Source of the DNA: Eledone cirrhosa
Taxonomy: Eukaryota
NCBI GenBank assembly: GCA_964016885.1
Contig: OZ024762.1
Coordinates: 26,102,001 to 26,166,000, forward strand
Reading direction: 5' to 3'
DNA: 64,000 nucleotides
Below are positions 35,484-49,122 of this stretch, one piece after another. Each line of letters opens with the position of its first letter. Position 1 is the first letter of the stretch. The notes under the pieces were generated by a model, which did no database searches, was not told the origin of the DNA, and saw only the letters and a program-made list of their open reading frames with translations. Both the position numbers and the translations under genes were made by a program.

Positions 35484-35548
35484 TATTTTATCTGATGAAA
35501 GCGCACCAAGATTGGCTTGGTCGCCCTTGAAATATATATAATAAAATA
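35484..35548 (+). ncRNA. minimal type-I hammerhead (family E)
   Basis: TATTTTAT-CTGATGA-AAG..ACCAAG-ATTGG-CTTGGT..CTT-GAAA-TATATA-TA-ATAAAATA; perfect 8-bp stem I. Confidence 0.8.
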
Positions 35549-35679
35549 AATATGGTTTTATAAATATAGTTTCCATTTATTATTATCTTGGAATATTTAC
35601 TCCAGTAACTTGTTGAGTGCTCTATATCAGTTTTTAAACATTTATGTTTGTCGGAATTCCAACAAATTAAATACAACTC

Positions 35680-35807
<128 letters not shown>

Positions 35808-35844
35808 TAAAATGAAATAAAAACGTATATAAGAGATCCATATA

Positions 35845-35910
35845 TTTTATTATACGTATTTCGAATACAAAATCATCCTGGGCCAGATGTTGTGTTCTCT
35901 TCAGATAAAA
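35845..35910 (-). ncRNA. minimal type-I hammerhead
   Basis: TTTTAT-CTGAAGA-GAACACAA..TTGTATTC-GAAA-TACGTA-TA-ATAAAA. Confidence 0.8.
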
Positions 35911-36187
35911 AATAAGGTACGATGATATGAGACATAATAGCACTTGTTTATAGGAAAGTGCTAAATCTTCGTTCTACAAGTAGAGAGAGGTAAGCAGATT
36001 CTATTAGAATCTGCTTACCTCTCTCTACTCCCCTTCAAATTCGATAAAACTACATACATGCTTACAAACTTCCTTTAGGAACGCCGAAGAGAGAGAGAGA
36101 AGAGAGTGAGAGGGAGAGAGAGAGAGAACGTTTGTTTTTGAGTGTGGAACGGTCAAACATTTATTTACTTCAATGACAAAGAGAACT

Positions 36188-36780
36188 TAACTCTTCCCCA
36201 TATCACACCCCGTCTTAAATTTAGAAAACATATCCTCTATGAGTCCACTAAACCTGCTAGAAACAGCAGCTACCTCTCCCCCATATCACACTACTCCCTA
36301 ATGTCTTAAATTTAGAAAACATATCCTCTATGAGGTCACTAAACCTGCTAGAAACAGCAGCTAACTCTCCCCCATATCACACCACTCCCTACTGTCTTAA
36401 ATTTAGAAAACATATCCTCTATGAGGTCACTAAACCTGCTAGAAACAGCAGCTACCTCTCCCCCATATCACACCCCTCCCCACTGTCTTAAATTTAGAAA
36501 ACATATCCTCTATGACGTCACTAAACCTGCTAGAAACAGCAGCTAACTCTCCTCCATATCACACCACTCCCTAATTGCTTAAATTTAGAAAACACATATC
36601 CTCTATGAGGTCACTAAACCTGCTAGAAACAACAGATAACTCTCCCCCATATCCCACACCTCCCTACTGTCTTAAATTTAGAAAACATATCCTCTATGAC
36701 GTCACTAAACCTGCTAGAAACAGCAGCTAACTCTCCCCCATATCACACCCCTCCCCACTGTCTTAAATTTAGAAAACACA
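36188..36780. repeat. ~91-bp tandem repeat (~6.5 copies)
   Basis: Unit CTCTATGAGGTCACTAAACCTGCTAGAAACAGCAGCTAACTCTCCCCCATATCACACC..GTCTTAAATTTAGAAAACATATC. Confidence 0.9.
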
Positions 36781-37042
36781 CATTAGACAACCATGCAGAA
36801 CAACTCCATCGCAGCTCTGTTGCTCGGCTGGCATCGTCTACGCGCGTGTTGGGCAAGTACTGTGAAACAATAAATTTCAACACTTCTTTGCACAGAGATA
36901 ATATCCATAGTCGAAACTACAATTGTCACTGGTGGCACAGCTCTTGCTTCGGCAGTCCAGGTCTGCAATTCATTCACCCAGTGTTGGGCAGACAAAAAAG
37001 TGCTGCCATAAAATGGGTGGTGCAACGTAACTTTGGTAACTT

Positions 37043-37075
37043 ACTGACCCCGAGCAACGCCGGACTTTAATGCTA
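37043..37075 (+). mobile_element. Helitron 3' terminus (5' end not located)
   Basis: CCCCGAGCAACGCCGGACTTTAATGCTAG|T, nearly identical to 27820-27848. Confidence 0.6.
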
Positions 37076-37238
37076 GTATATATATATGCGTATGTTTATA
37101 TATATATATGTTTATATATGTGTATATACAACTGTCTATATCTGTATCTCTCTTGAATATATGATACATTTTATATTTTTATAACTTTCTATACCCGTAT
37201 GTATCTTATCTCCACTATTTCCCCATCTCCCATTGTTC

Positions 37239-37316
<78 letters not shown>

Positions 37317-37335
37317 CATATATATATATATCTAT

Positions 37336-40300
37336 CTAAGGCGGGTAAAATTCCCGAGATCCATGGACGAGATCTCTCCAGCGGTCTCTGTCCCTCATTA
37401 TCGCTGCCATATCCTGCATCTCCAACAGACCAGTGTCTGTCCTTAGGGCATCAACATATGTTAACGTTGGTCTTCCTCTTCTAGTGTGTCCATGTAGGGG
37501 CTCCCAAAGGAGCACTGAGTGCAATGTCAACTCTGGATGTCGGTGAGCATGTCCAACCAACCTCAGTCTCCTCTGTGTCACTTTTGAGCTGACATTTGGG
37601 ATGCTCCCATACAGCTCTGAGTTTTTCATCCTCAGTGTATACTGATTAATGTTCAGAGCCATCCTCAGCATTCTCGTGTAGCACCCATCCACCATCTGAG
37701 TGAGTCTTTTGGTCAGTGTCCAAGTCTCAGACCCATACAGCAGCACAGACTCCACTACAGCAATGAAGAGGCGGATTTTCAGGTCTCTACGAAGGTCCGA
37801 CTTCCACACCGATCTCAAGCTGTGACACACCGCCCAGGCCTTGCTCTTCTTCTCAACCACATCATCTTCCGTATTCCCAATCTTTGCTCCCAAATACAGG
37901 AAATCCTCAACCAATTCCAGCGGCTTCCCGCCTACATTAGTGATCCCCTCTGGCTTCTCAACATTCTCTACCAGATATTTTGTTTTAGTCTCATTCATTC
38001 TCAGCCCCACACTCATCGACACAGTCTCAACCTCCCGCATCAAATCCTCTGCCTCCTTCACTGTATTTGTCACCAAAACTATGTCGTCGGCAAATTCAGC
38101 ATCCGATACCTTTTTCGCCCCAACTCTCCTGCTCTGAGCCGGTGCTACAGTAAAGCCAGAGTCCTGGTGTTTCTCCAGTGCAAGGCGCATACAATAGTCC
38201 ACTACGATGATAAAAAGGTAGGGAGCCAATGTATCTCCCTGGAGCACTCCAGCCAGTATCTCAAAGAACTCTGTCATCCCATCAGGTGTAATGACTTGGG
38301 CTTTGGTGTTGGTGTAGAGCAGTGATATCAGGTCCACTATCCTCTTGGGGATTCCATAAGCCTGTAAGATCTTCATCAGGCATTAACTGTCCACAGAATC
38401 AAAGGCCTTCCTAAAGTCAATGAAAACCATGACTGCAGGAAGGCACTTTGCTCTAGCTCCCTCTAATATCCTCCTCAGCATCAGGATGTGACTGGTGGTT
38501 GATCTACCCTCTCTGAAGCCGTTCTGGTTGTCCCTGAGCTTCTTCTCCATCTCAGGCTGGATCCTGTTAAGAATCATCCTGTTGAGGGTCTTTGCCACAA
38601 GTGACGTCAGTGAGATCCCCCGGTAGTTGTTGGTGTTAGAGAGATCTCCATTCTTTGGCACTGGGACGATGTTACTGATCCTCCACTGATTCGGGGCAAC
38701 TCCTTTCTCCAGTGCCCCGTTACAGAACCCCAGGATGATATCATCAAAATCACACCTCTTCATCACCTCTGATGCCACTCCATCTTCTCCATGAGCCTTG
38801 CCCTCCTTGATCTTCTTCTTGGCTCTCTGAAGCTCCTCTCTGGTGAAGGGCTCTGTCTCAACATCCAGTTCCTCAAACAGCCGCCTGATCTCCCCAGTGC
38901 TCTGGGCTGTGGAGGGTGGCTCTCCTAGTAGGGTCCTAAAATGATCTAGCCATTTCCTCTTCCTATCCTCGGGCCCCGTTCCCTGGATCTGACTCGAACA
39001 CCTTTTCTTCCTCCTTGTGATCTCGTTGATGATCATCCAGCTCTCCTTACATCCAGATCTGTCAACCGCTCTCTCCACACTTCTGATCTTCTATATCAGT
39101 GCCTCCTCTCTGACCTCAGTGTAAGCGGTACAGAGCTCTTCCCTCATCACCTCCACAGTCTCCATCCTCTCCTCCGTAGGATCAGCATAGAATTGGTCCC
39201 TGGCAGCTTTCAGGTGTTCTCTGGCTGCACACACTTTTGGGTTTTCAGAGCTGACGTGCTTCCCTTTGTTCTTTTTCCTCGGCACCAGGGTTTCACTTGC
39301 TTTCGCCACTGCATTGGTGAAGTGCCCGTACCTCCTCGTCACACTCTCCTCAGTCCATCCAATCTCTCTCTCCTCTGACTCTCCACACAGAGCACTAAAC
39401 CTGTTTCTCACTTCCACTGTGAACCTCTCCTGTAGCTTATCATCTTCCTTGAAAGCTCCCCAGTCATAGATTGCTCTCCAGGGCTGAGCCTTGCTCTTTC
39501 TTAAGCTCACGCGGACCTCACTCATAACAAGCCGGTGGTCACTACCCAGTGTACTGAAATAGCTGTATGGTTCCGTGTTCAGAACACTATTCCGCCACTT
39601 TTTCCTCACCAGAATGAAATCAATCTGGGACTTGGACAGGTGCATATCTGAGATGTAGGTCCACATCTTCCCCAGATTCTTCCTAAACCTTAGGTTGGTC
39701 GCCATCAAGTTCGCCTCCAGCAGGGTGTCTCTCAGTAGTCTTCCATTTCGGTTGGTGTTGTTATGGAAGTAGCCGCAAGGATCTTCACTACCCTCCTTAC
39801 TCAGATGTGCATTGAAGTCCCCCAAAACAAGCAGGATATTGTGTGCCTGAGTGGTTTTGACAGCTCTACACACCTCCTCATGGAACTCCTCGGCATTCAC
39901 ATCACTGTCCCCCTCGGTTGGACTATAGGCTGAGATGACTGTCAGTCTTGGGTTTTCATTGAAGGTCACCCTCAACACTCGCCGGGAGATAGGCATTATT
40001 TCCCTCACCAACAGATTGGTTTTTGCACTGAACACAAAACCCACTCCTCCTACTGCAGCATTTGTTGTGTTCTTCACTGCCGATGTAGTGATGAGCTGGC
40101 TCTTCCTCCCGATCATCACACTCCACACGGGCTCATCGTGTAGAATCCTGTGTTCTTGGATCGCAAGTATCTGTATACCACTCTCCTCGAACAGATGTCC
40201 CAACTCCTCTCTCTACTCCAGCGTTCGAATAGTCCTCACATTCAAAGTGCCCATTTTGATGGCTCTTCTGCAGGACAAAACTGCATTCTTTATATTTGTC

Positions 40301-40643
40301 TCAGAGACAGCTGATCCATCATCCACTGGCCCTCTCTGTGGCTCTAAGCCAGCAGAGTCATAACGACCAGGCTGCTCCTTGACAGTGTAATTAGGGGCTC
40401 TAACCCTAGTGCTGTTAGATCGACTCTCCATATTTCTTTTCAATGGCTGACAATACCTTACCGGCGCCACTCGAATAAGGTAGATATTTAACCCATAAAT
40501 GGAGCCCTAACAGGTACTACCACCCTAGGCCAGGGCAGACCTGGGAGTCATGACAACTAAGGGGTAACTCCACATTCCCCACATCTCCTGAACTCCCGAA
40601 CTGGAGCCTTGCCACTGGATGTAGTTTAATGTCATACCCAGGA
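37336..40643 (-). mobile_element. near full-length RTE-clade LINE (APE + RT), two stops and one frameshift
   Basis: APE: GTLNVRT, IQEHR, YSPT, GDFNA, IDFIL, SDH; RT: YRGISL, QNGFR, DFRKAFDSV, GVLQGDTLAP, FADD, FLYLG; ORF pieces 40470-40213, 40203-39091, 39078-38383, 38376-37336; putative 5' UTR to 40643; flanked by (TA)n. Confidence 0.92.
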
Positions 40644-40839
40644 TATATATATATATATATATATATAATGAAGTAGTTGTGGTAAGGAACCAGATGGACC
40701 ATAACGCACCAGAGTACTCAATACTTAGGTTAGTAGAGTGGGTAATAGGAAAATATATGATCCCGGCTAATAGCCCTCGAAAAGGCTTGAGCTCTGCCGT
40801 CGGGGTCATACATTTTCCTATATATATATATAGAGAGAG

Positions 40840-43800
40840 AGAGTATTTAAGTATCGAGAGAGAGAAGAAAAGATAGGTAATACATGTAGTTATTTGCCAA
40901 TAGCATATGCAAAACGTGCTCAATACTTGTGCCTGCAGTGTTAAATATTAGAAGTGTTAATATCTAGTGGGCGAGAAAGTAAGCAGAGCGGTTACACGTG
41001 GAGAAGTATATAAAGGAAAACAAACCGTTAAAACATGTTTATTTAAAACAGCACCTACGTACGTTTCGCCCGAAAGGGCTTCTCAAGGGCATAAAAAACT
41101 AAAAAGTGTTCCTTACGTGACCCAGAAGGGGTTTTGCAGATAAGTTCACATCACAGTTCATTATTCGTAAAACACATGTATTGATATTGCAGTTGATTAA
41201 GGGAGATAACTCCAGCCGGTGTTAGAGCCGTGTTCTCCAGTTTATTTGTTATCCGTTAGTATTTTGTGGTTACTGCTTTACCATTGTCGATTCACACAGG
41301 GTCAGGGATGCAAGGTTAGTTTCCAGATGTTTGTTTGTAGCGCCTGCCCGCTGGGGTCGATTCACGCCGGGTTTGGGATGCATTGTTAGTTTCCAGATGT
41401 TTTTTTGCAGCAGCGCCTGCCCGCCGGGGTGTTAAGGTTTGGTGCTGGGTGACCCGGTTTACGGTTTTCACTCCTCATTCTTATTCCATCTGGAGTAAGA
41501 GATTTTTAAGCGGTGTGTGAAGCTTATCGCTGTTTCTGCTCTGCTGTTGATGAACTCAAGGGGTGCCGTTATGGTATGGTAAAGCTCCATAGGGCAAAGC
41601 TCGCACTTCCTCTTGAAATTGTACGGTGCTGCCTTGCTGACAATTTTCCAGTGCGTGGAGAAGCTGATGTTGAGTCTGTTAATGCTGTGATGTAGTTCTC
41701 GAGCGAAGTGGAGTGTCTTAGTTTCTTGTTTGCGAAAGAGTGGAGATGTGTTCGAAATCTATTTTTGAACGGGCCAGAGGATGCCCCTATATAATGCTTA
41801 ACGCTATTATGGCTAGTTACGGTGCACATATAAATAACCTTATCAGTCAGGCAATTTCCTCTAACGGGGCAGCGTCCCCTATCACGACAGTTTCAATTTC
41901 GGTCGCAGTCCCTTGCAGTTCCCAAGGTAAGGCTATTATTATTGCTACGCCTCTATACCTGTCGTTAGTACCATTATATCCCACTGCGTGCGGAGTAGTA
42001 CCCTTATCACTCCTCACGCTGCAGCGCCTTCTGTTTTCGTCGGGTGACCCGTACGGGTCACCTGTATATTCCCCAGCCATGTCACGGTTGTGTTGGTTGC
42101 GTCTGTTGTGGCTGTTGCCACCACTATTTGTTGCTGCTAGGGAGTCGTTAAGGCCGATATGGTTGTTGTCAGGTCTAGTTGTATCGGTGCTAAGGTGCTG
42201 TGTTTTGGTGATCTTACTGTGATTAGTTGTTCCTATGATGTCTGCTAGGTTAGGAGTAGTAGAGAAGGATATTTTTATATTGTTACGATTAAGGATTTTC
42301 CTATATTTATGATTGGGTGGGAGGTTCTTCTCTAAGGCTTCGAAAAATATCCAGGGTATGTCGGAGGCCACACTCCGAGGGCAGGGAGGATGGAACCATA
42401 GGACGTAAGGGTGGCGATTCCGTCTCTTTGTAGGCTTGCTAAGGGTTGTACTATCAGGGTGACCGTTCTTATGCATGTTATTGTGCTGTAGCCCGTTATG
42501 TGTCCCTTTCGCTTTATGCTCGGGTGCACTCGGCTTCCTTCTGTTACATTTATGTGTAGCAAGACGTTGGTTGGAAGGCGTTGGTAGTAGGCCCTCGCCT
42601 TTGTTGATCTTATAGTAGGGGAATAAATCAGTTAGGCTACAGTGGTCACCGTCACCGTGGTCATGATCCTTATTGTGTGGTAGTCTTTCTACACCATCGC
42701 TTATGTAATTGACGTTGCGGTCGTGTTCCTTAGTGCGATTCTCTATACTATTATTTCTGACTCTTTCAAAGCCGTTCCGCGTTCGGTTATAGCTATGGCT
42801 TACTATAACATTAGTCTTATGAGAGGGGTGGTTTCCGGAGCTAGCATTAGGGATGTAGGAGATTCTTCGGTTAAATCCGGCACTTAGAAAGGCCTTATTG
42901 TAGTAATCTGCCGATTGGTTGAAGATATCCTCATTGGCGGAAAGCCTCGAGATCCTATGTGAAATGCTATAAATTATGGAGTTGACAGTCTGCTTAGTGT
43001 GGTTAGAGGCATAATTAATATAAGATAGACTCTCTCCGAGCTTATGGTATGGCTTGTATAGGCCTGTACGCAACTCCAGGGTCACGTCCACGAAGTTGAC
43101 AACCTGGTGGTTGAGGTCCATAGTCACGGATAGGCCGTATGATTTGAAGAACCTGTGTATGTGCTTGTTAAGGTTCTCTATCCTGCGGGGGATATGGTTT
43201 CTAACGGTAAACAGGGCGTCGTCTCTATATACACCTCCTTGTGGGGCCGGTATCTCGTCCCTAAGTCTATGGAGGAGGTATATCCCGATCGGGTCGGTTG
43301 CTTGCGCCGAGTCGCTGGACCCCATCGTAATATCGAAATCATCAGGACGGTTGGTTCTGGTCCAGTGGGAGCCTTCTAACTGGATAATGTTTCTACGCGC
43401 CGCTAGAACTATATCTATCTCTTTTTGAGTGAGGCTAGTGTTAGATTTAGCTAAGATGAGTGCCTTATTTAAAAGTATAGGGGAGGTAGAGGCGTAGTAA
43501 CTATCTATGTCAAACTGGATGAACTTCAGGGTCGCTTTATCAGGCAACTCGGTGAACCAATTTATGACCTAGTCGGTGTTGCCCCAGAGGCAGACCTTAG
43601 CCTTTCTATTAAGCTCCAGTAGTACTCTGTCGAGGATCACTTTACTAATCTTACCTATATCTGATGTAGAGGGGAATATTAGTCTAATAGAGGGGCTTTC
43701 ATTAAAGTTACATTTGTGATCCCTAAGAGAGAATTTAGGCGTCAGAGGGACATATGGGTTTGTGTACTTATCTATTTCTAAGCTAGTAACTATATCCTTC

Positions 43801-44041
43801 CCTACTCTATTTATGTGGTTTAAGGTACTAGTGGGTGTCTTTTTATAGTTTTTGTGTTCTTCTTTATATATGAATTGTTTATACTTGCTCGCATCCATCT
43901 TATACAGCTTCGTGGTTTTGTCAGGCGTGAAAACCGTAAACCCGGTCACCCTTCACCAAACCTTAACACCCTGGCGGGCAGGCGCTGCAAAAAATATCTG
44001 GAAACTAACCTTGCATCCCTGACCCTGCGTGAATCGACAAT
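40840..44041 (-). mobile_element. Hydra-like PLE family 3 (RT + GIY-YIG) with short inverted 3' UTR copy at its 5' end
   Basis: PDKT..Y, RDHK..F...P..RLI.P..SDIG, FDIDSYY, FDITMGSSDSAQ, GVYRDD, WFHPP, KISFSTTPN, HYIGAS..FKNR; 43928-44041 (+) mirrors 41284-41470; 3' boundary approximate. Confidence 0.88.
41051..41090 (-). ncRNA. hammerhead, U3:A8 core variant
   Basis: GCCC-TTGAGAA-GCCC-TTTC-GGGC-GAAA-CGTACG-TA-GGTGC in the 3' UTR of PLE family 3. Confidence 0.75.
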
Positions 44042-44095
44042 TATATTTATATATATATATATATATATGCCCTTAAAGAATTATTTATAAAACTG

Positions 44096-44312
<217 letters not shown>

Positions 44313-45044
44313 GTATTAATTCAAAATATTAATAAATATAGACATTCAACGTAATTAAAATATATTTTATTATATATATTTGGAAGGTTCTGTGCTGTTT
44401 ATTCAGTACGTCCTCATCAGATAAAATATATAAATTGATGTAGGACATACCTCAACTGTGCTGATGGTTCAATTCCAGTCTTTTGGTCATATATATATAT
44501 ATATATTGGTCATATATATATATATAAATAGAACAGTTTTATAAAGAATTCTTTAAGGGTATATATATATATATATAACGAAGGAAATGTGGTAAGGAAC
44601 CAGGTGGACCATAACGCACCAAAGTACTCAATACTTGAGGTAGTAGAGTGGGTAATAGGAACCAGTAAGACCCCGACAGCTGAGCTCAAGCCGTTTCGAC
44701 TGCTAATTCCAGAATTAGCCGTCGAAACGGCTTGAGCTCAGCTGTCGGGGTCTTACTGGTTCCTATATATATATATATATATGCAAGCAGAGAGAAGCGG
44801 ACGTAAAGTGTAGATGATGATGATGATATATATATGTGTGTGTGTATATATATATATATGCGCGTGTGTGAGTGTATATATATATATGTGTATGTGTGTG
44901 CGCGTGCGCGTGGGTGTCAGTGTATTTTAGCCCCCCCCCCCAAGTTTTGCATAATTAAATCAGCGCAAGAAAACTTTTATTAGATTTGAAGACTTAGCAA
45001 TGTTCATTAGTTGGTTTAAGGCACAACGTTGATACTAACGCTAC

Positions 45045-45806
45045 ACCACCACCACTACCACCACTGACACCAGCACCACCACTATCACTGACACCACCAC
45101 TAACACCACTATCACAGACACCAACACTAACACCACCACCACCAACACCACTATCACTGACACCACCACCACCACCACTATCATTGACACCACCACAACC
45201 ACCACTGACACCACCACTAATACTACACCACGACGACCACTATCACTGACACCACCACCACCACCACCACCACCACCACTAATACTACACCACCACCACC
45301 ACCACTATCACTGACACCACCACCACCACTGACACCACCACCACCACTAATACTACACCACCACCACCACCACTATCACTGACACCACCACCACCACTGA
45401 CACCACCACCACCACTAATACTACGCCACCACCACTATCACTGACACAACCACCACCACCACTAATACTACACCACCACTACCACCGCAATCACTGACAC
45501 CACCACCACCACCACCACTGACACCACCACCACCACTAATACTACACCACCACCACTATCACTGACACCACCACCACCACCACCACCACCACCACTGACA
45601 GCACCACCACCACTAATACTAGACCACCACTACCACCGCAATAACTGCAACCACCACCACCACCACCACCACCACCACCACCACCACCACCACCACTATC
45701 ACTGACACTACCACCACCACCACTAACACTTCACCACCACTATCACTGACACCACCACCACCACTATCACTGACACCACCACCATCATCAACATCATCAC
45801 CATCAC
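45045..45806. repeat. (CAC)n-derived complex minisatellite
   Basis: Recurring CACTATCACTGACAC and CACTAATACTACAC modules in poly-CAC. Confidence 0.9.
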
Positions 45807-46184
45807 TGTGTTCCTGCTATGCAATTTCAGGACGCATTATCATAGAAAGTGTTAGATAAAGTTAGTCGAAAGATGACGATGAAGTTATACTAGAAACCAG
45901 GCGGCCATACTGCAAGGAGTAACAGTGGGTGTTTAACAAACCAAACAGTTTGTGCATTGTCTGGAACTGTCTGGAACTGTGATCTGTCTGGAACTCTGAT
46001 CTGTCTGCTTTAATATAACATACATTTAATATACCATACATTTAATATACACATACGTATATACATCGTATATACATACAAACACAGGTTAAAATTATAT
46101 TTATATATGTATGTATGCGTGTGTGGTGTGTATATGCATTTGTTTATATCGGAAATTCACCTATATATATAATATATATATATA

Positions 46185-46976
46185 ATACATCATAAAGAAA
46201 GAAGAAACATTAGACATAAACAAAAAAATATATATACCCAATATTCTTTAACATCCTCGACTGCGCAGTTTCGTGGCTACTATGCAGAAACATTCCACCA
46301 TAGAGATGCAGTATTTTTGTGAGGTTTGCCAACTTATCAAGAGAATACTTCATTTCAATTTCAAAACACGCCCGCAAGGCGTGAGAGAGAATCCCGTAAA
46401 GGCGGAGGGGGAACTTATCACGTGATACCGTGGTCAAGAAACAGAGTTAAGCCTCTTGCAACCAAGAGAAAACTACCACAAATGGCGGAGAAGGGGTGTG
46501 TGTATTTATTAATATCTAGGCCAAAGACGAGGTGGCTAAGGAGGGCTAGAAGTGTAAATAGTGTAAGCTTGACAGCAGTCACTATACTTCTGTGGTTACT
46601 CTACCGTAGGGAGTTATAGACAATAAAAAAATACACAGATACATGCGAATACATATATATATACATGCATATACACACATATATCCCTGAATTTGTGTGG
46701 TGCCAACCTTAACCGTTGTTGCTCAATAGGGACAAAATAATCTGAATGAATTAGATTGACTCAATATCAGAGCTATATAATACATTATAAAGAAATAAGA
46801 AACATTAGATATAAATAAAAAATATATATACAGACCCAGTAATCTTCGACATCCTCGACTGCGCAGTTTCGTGGCTACTATGCAAAAACATTACATCATA
46901 GAGATGCAGTATTTTTGTGAGGTTTCCCAACTTATCAAGAGAATACCTCATTTAAATTTCAAAACACGTCCGCAAA
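46185..46976 (-). mobile_element. ~600-bp unit with ~195-bp direct repeats, each carrying a U3:A8 hammerhead
   Basis: 46185-46376 matches about 46778-46975; CTC-TTGATAA-GTTGGC..GCCAC-GAAA-CTGCGCAG-TC-GAG at 46256-46343 and 46854-46941. Confidence 0.65.
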
Positions 46977-46982
46977 ACACGT

Positions 46983-47099
<117 letters not shown>

Positions 47100-48166
47100 G
47101 AAAACAGGGAGAAAGAGACGATTATTAGGAAGAAAAATCTTTTTTTCCCCTTTTTTTCTTTCTCTCTCTCTTTTCTGGGCTAGAAAATGATTAAAACGAA
47201 ATATTTTACTTTGTGTGAAGTGTTAAGGTATTAGTTGATTTATTTATTAATTAACAATGGCATTTATTTATTTATTTATATATTTAATAATTGTCTATTA
47301 CCGGTTTCAACATGTTTATGCATTATCAAATGATAGTGATATGCATTGGTGTAGAATGGTGGTGTTGCACATGTTGAAGAAATGGTGCTGAAAGAATAAT
47401 GTTATTTACAAACAAGGTTTATGAAGTGAAGAGAAAAAAGAAAAAAAGTAAAAAAAGGTCGTAATGTGGAGTATAAAAAGTCAATGTAAAAGAAAAAATA
47501 ATGTTATTTACAGGCATAGTTCTGGAAGTTAAGCAGATCAAAATGTGTTAATACAGCAAGGGTGCTTAGTTGATCCAGGCAAATGGTGGACTGGGGTTTG
47601 ATATAATTTTCCAATTTTAGAGAGTTAATATGCAGGGGGAGGCAATTCATGCTGGATGATATTTAATTTATTTAAGAAAATGGATTAGGTAGGGTGTGAG
47701 GGAGGTAACTCTTGTAAACTTTTGATTGTTTGCTCCAGTTTTAGTTTGGTCCGAAGTTCAGTGCATTGAGTAGAGGTTGGAATTTGTTAATGAAATATGT
47801 TTCCTTATTGGTACGATGGATGAAAGTAGCGTTGTCTATGAATTTGTAAATGGGGCAAATTTTAAAGTTTGGATGTTGGTTGGGTGCACAATTGGCGATA
47901 TGTTCACTAAACGCAATCTTTCTGTATTCCTGTATTTTAATTTGCGATTTATGAACGGTCATACGTTGTCGGAGGCTGCTTTTTGTCTGTCCTATGTAGT
48001 GCTCTTGACAACTTGAGCAGGTCAAAACATAGATTAGGTTTTCAGATGCACATGTAAAATTGTGTTTAACTGTGAAATGTTGTCCTTGTTTGAAATGGAA
48101 TGTTGAACCTTCTATTAGATTTACGCATATGCCACAGTTGGGCCTTCCGCATTTTGTTACACACAT
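47100..48166 (-). mobile_element. Neptune-like PLE 3' fragment (Cys linker + GIY-YIG + 3' UTR)
   Basis: KCGRPNCGIC...TCASENLIYVLTCSSCQEHYIGQT..LRQRMTVH...EH...E..FI...P.LN (47741-48166); TTGATAA..GAAA-CCGG-TA HHR-like motif at 47295-47336. Confidence 0.8.
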
Positions 48167-48172
48167 ACATAC

Positions 48173-48252
<80 letters not shown>

Positions 48253-48320
48253 GTATGTATGTGTGGGGTGTAGATGCATGTGTTTATATTAGAAATTCAC
48301 CTGTATGTATACATATATAT

Positions 48321-49000
48321 TCTAAGGCGGGTAAAATTCCCGAGATCCATGGACGAGTTCTCTCCAGCGGTCTCTGTCCCTCATTATCGCTGCCATGTCC
48401 TGCGTCTCCAACAGACCAGTGTCTGTCCTTAGGCATCAACATACGTTAACCTTTGTCTTCCTCTTCTAATGTGTCCATGTAGGGGCTCCCAAAGGAGCAC
48501 TGAGTGCAATGTCAACTCTGGATGTCGGTGAGCATGTCCAGCTAACCTCAATCTCCTCTGTGTCACTTTTGAGCTGACTTTTGGGATGCTCCCATACAGC
48601 TCTGAGCTGTACATACAGTTCTGAGAATGAATGAGACTAAAACAAAATATCTGCTAGAGAATGTTGAGAAGCCAGAGAGGATCACTAATGTAGGCGGGAA
48701 GCCGCTAGAATTGGTTGAGGGCATCCTGCATTTGGGAGCAAAATTGGGAATACGGAAGATGATGTGGTTGAGAGGAAGAGCAAAGCCTGGGCGGCGTGCC
48801 AAAGCTTGAGATCGGTGTGGAAGTCGGACGTTCGTAAAAACCTGAAAATCCGCCTCTTCATTGCTGTAGTGGAGTCTGTGCTGCTGTACGGGTCTGAGAC
48901 TTGGACACTGACCAAGAAACTCACTCAGATGGTGGATGGGTGCTACACGAGAATACTGAGGATGGCTCTGAACATTAATCAGTATACGCTGAGGATGAAA
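48321..49000 (-). mobile_element. 5'-inverted (twin-primed) short copy of the RTE LINE
   Basis: 48321-48606 matches 37336-37621; 48620-49000 is the inverted match of 37624-38003. Confidence 0.9.
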
Positions 49001-49056
49001 TACATATATATAATAAATATATATATAATATATATATAATATATATGTATACATAC

Positions 49057-49120
<64 letters not shown>

Positions 49121-49122
<2 letters not shown>

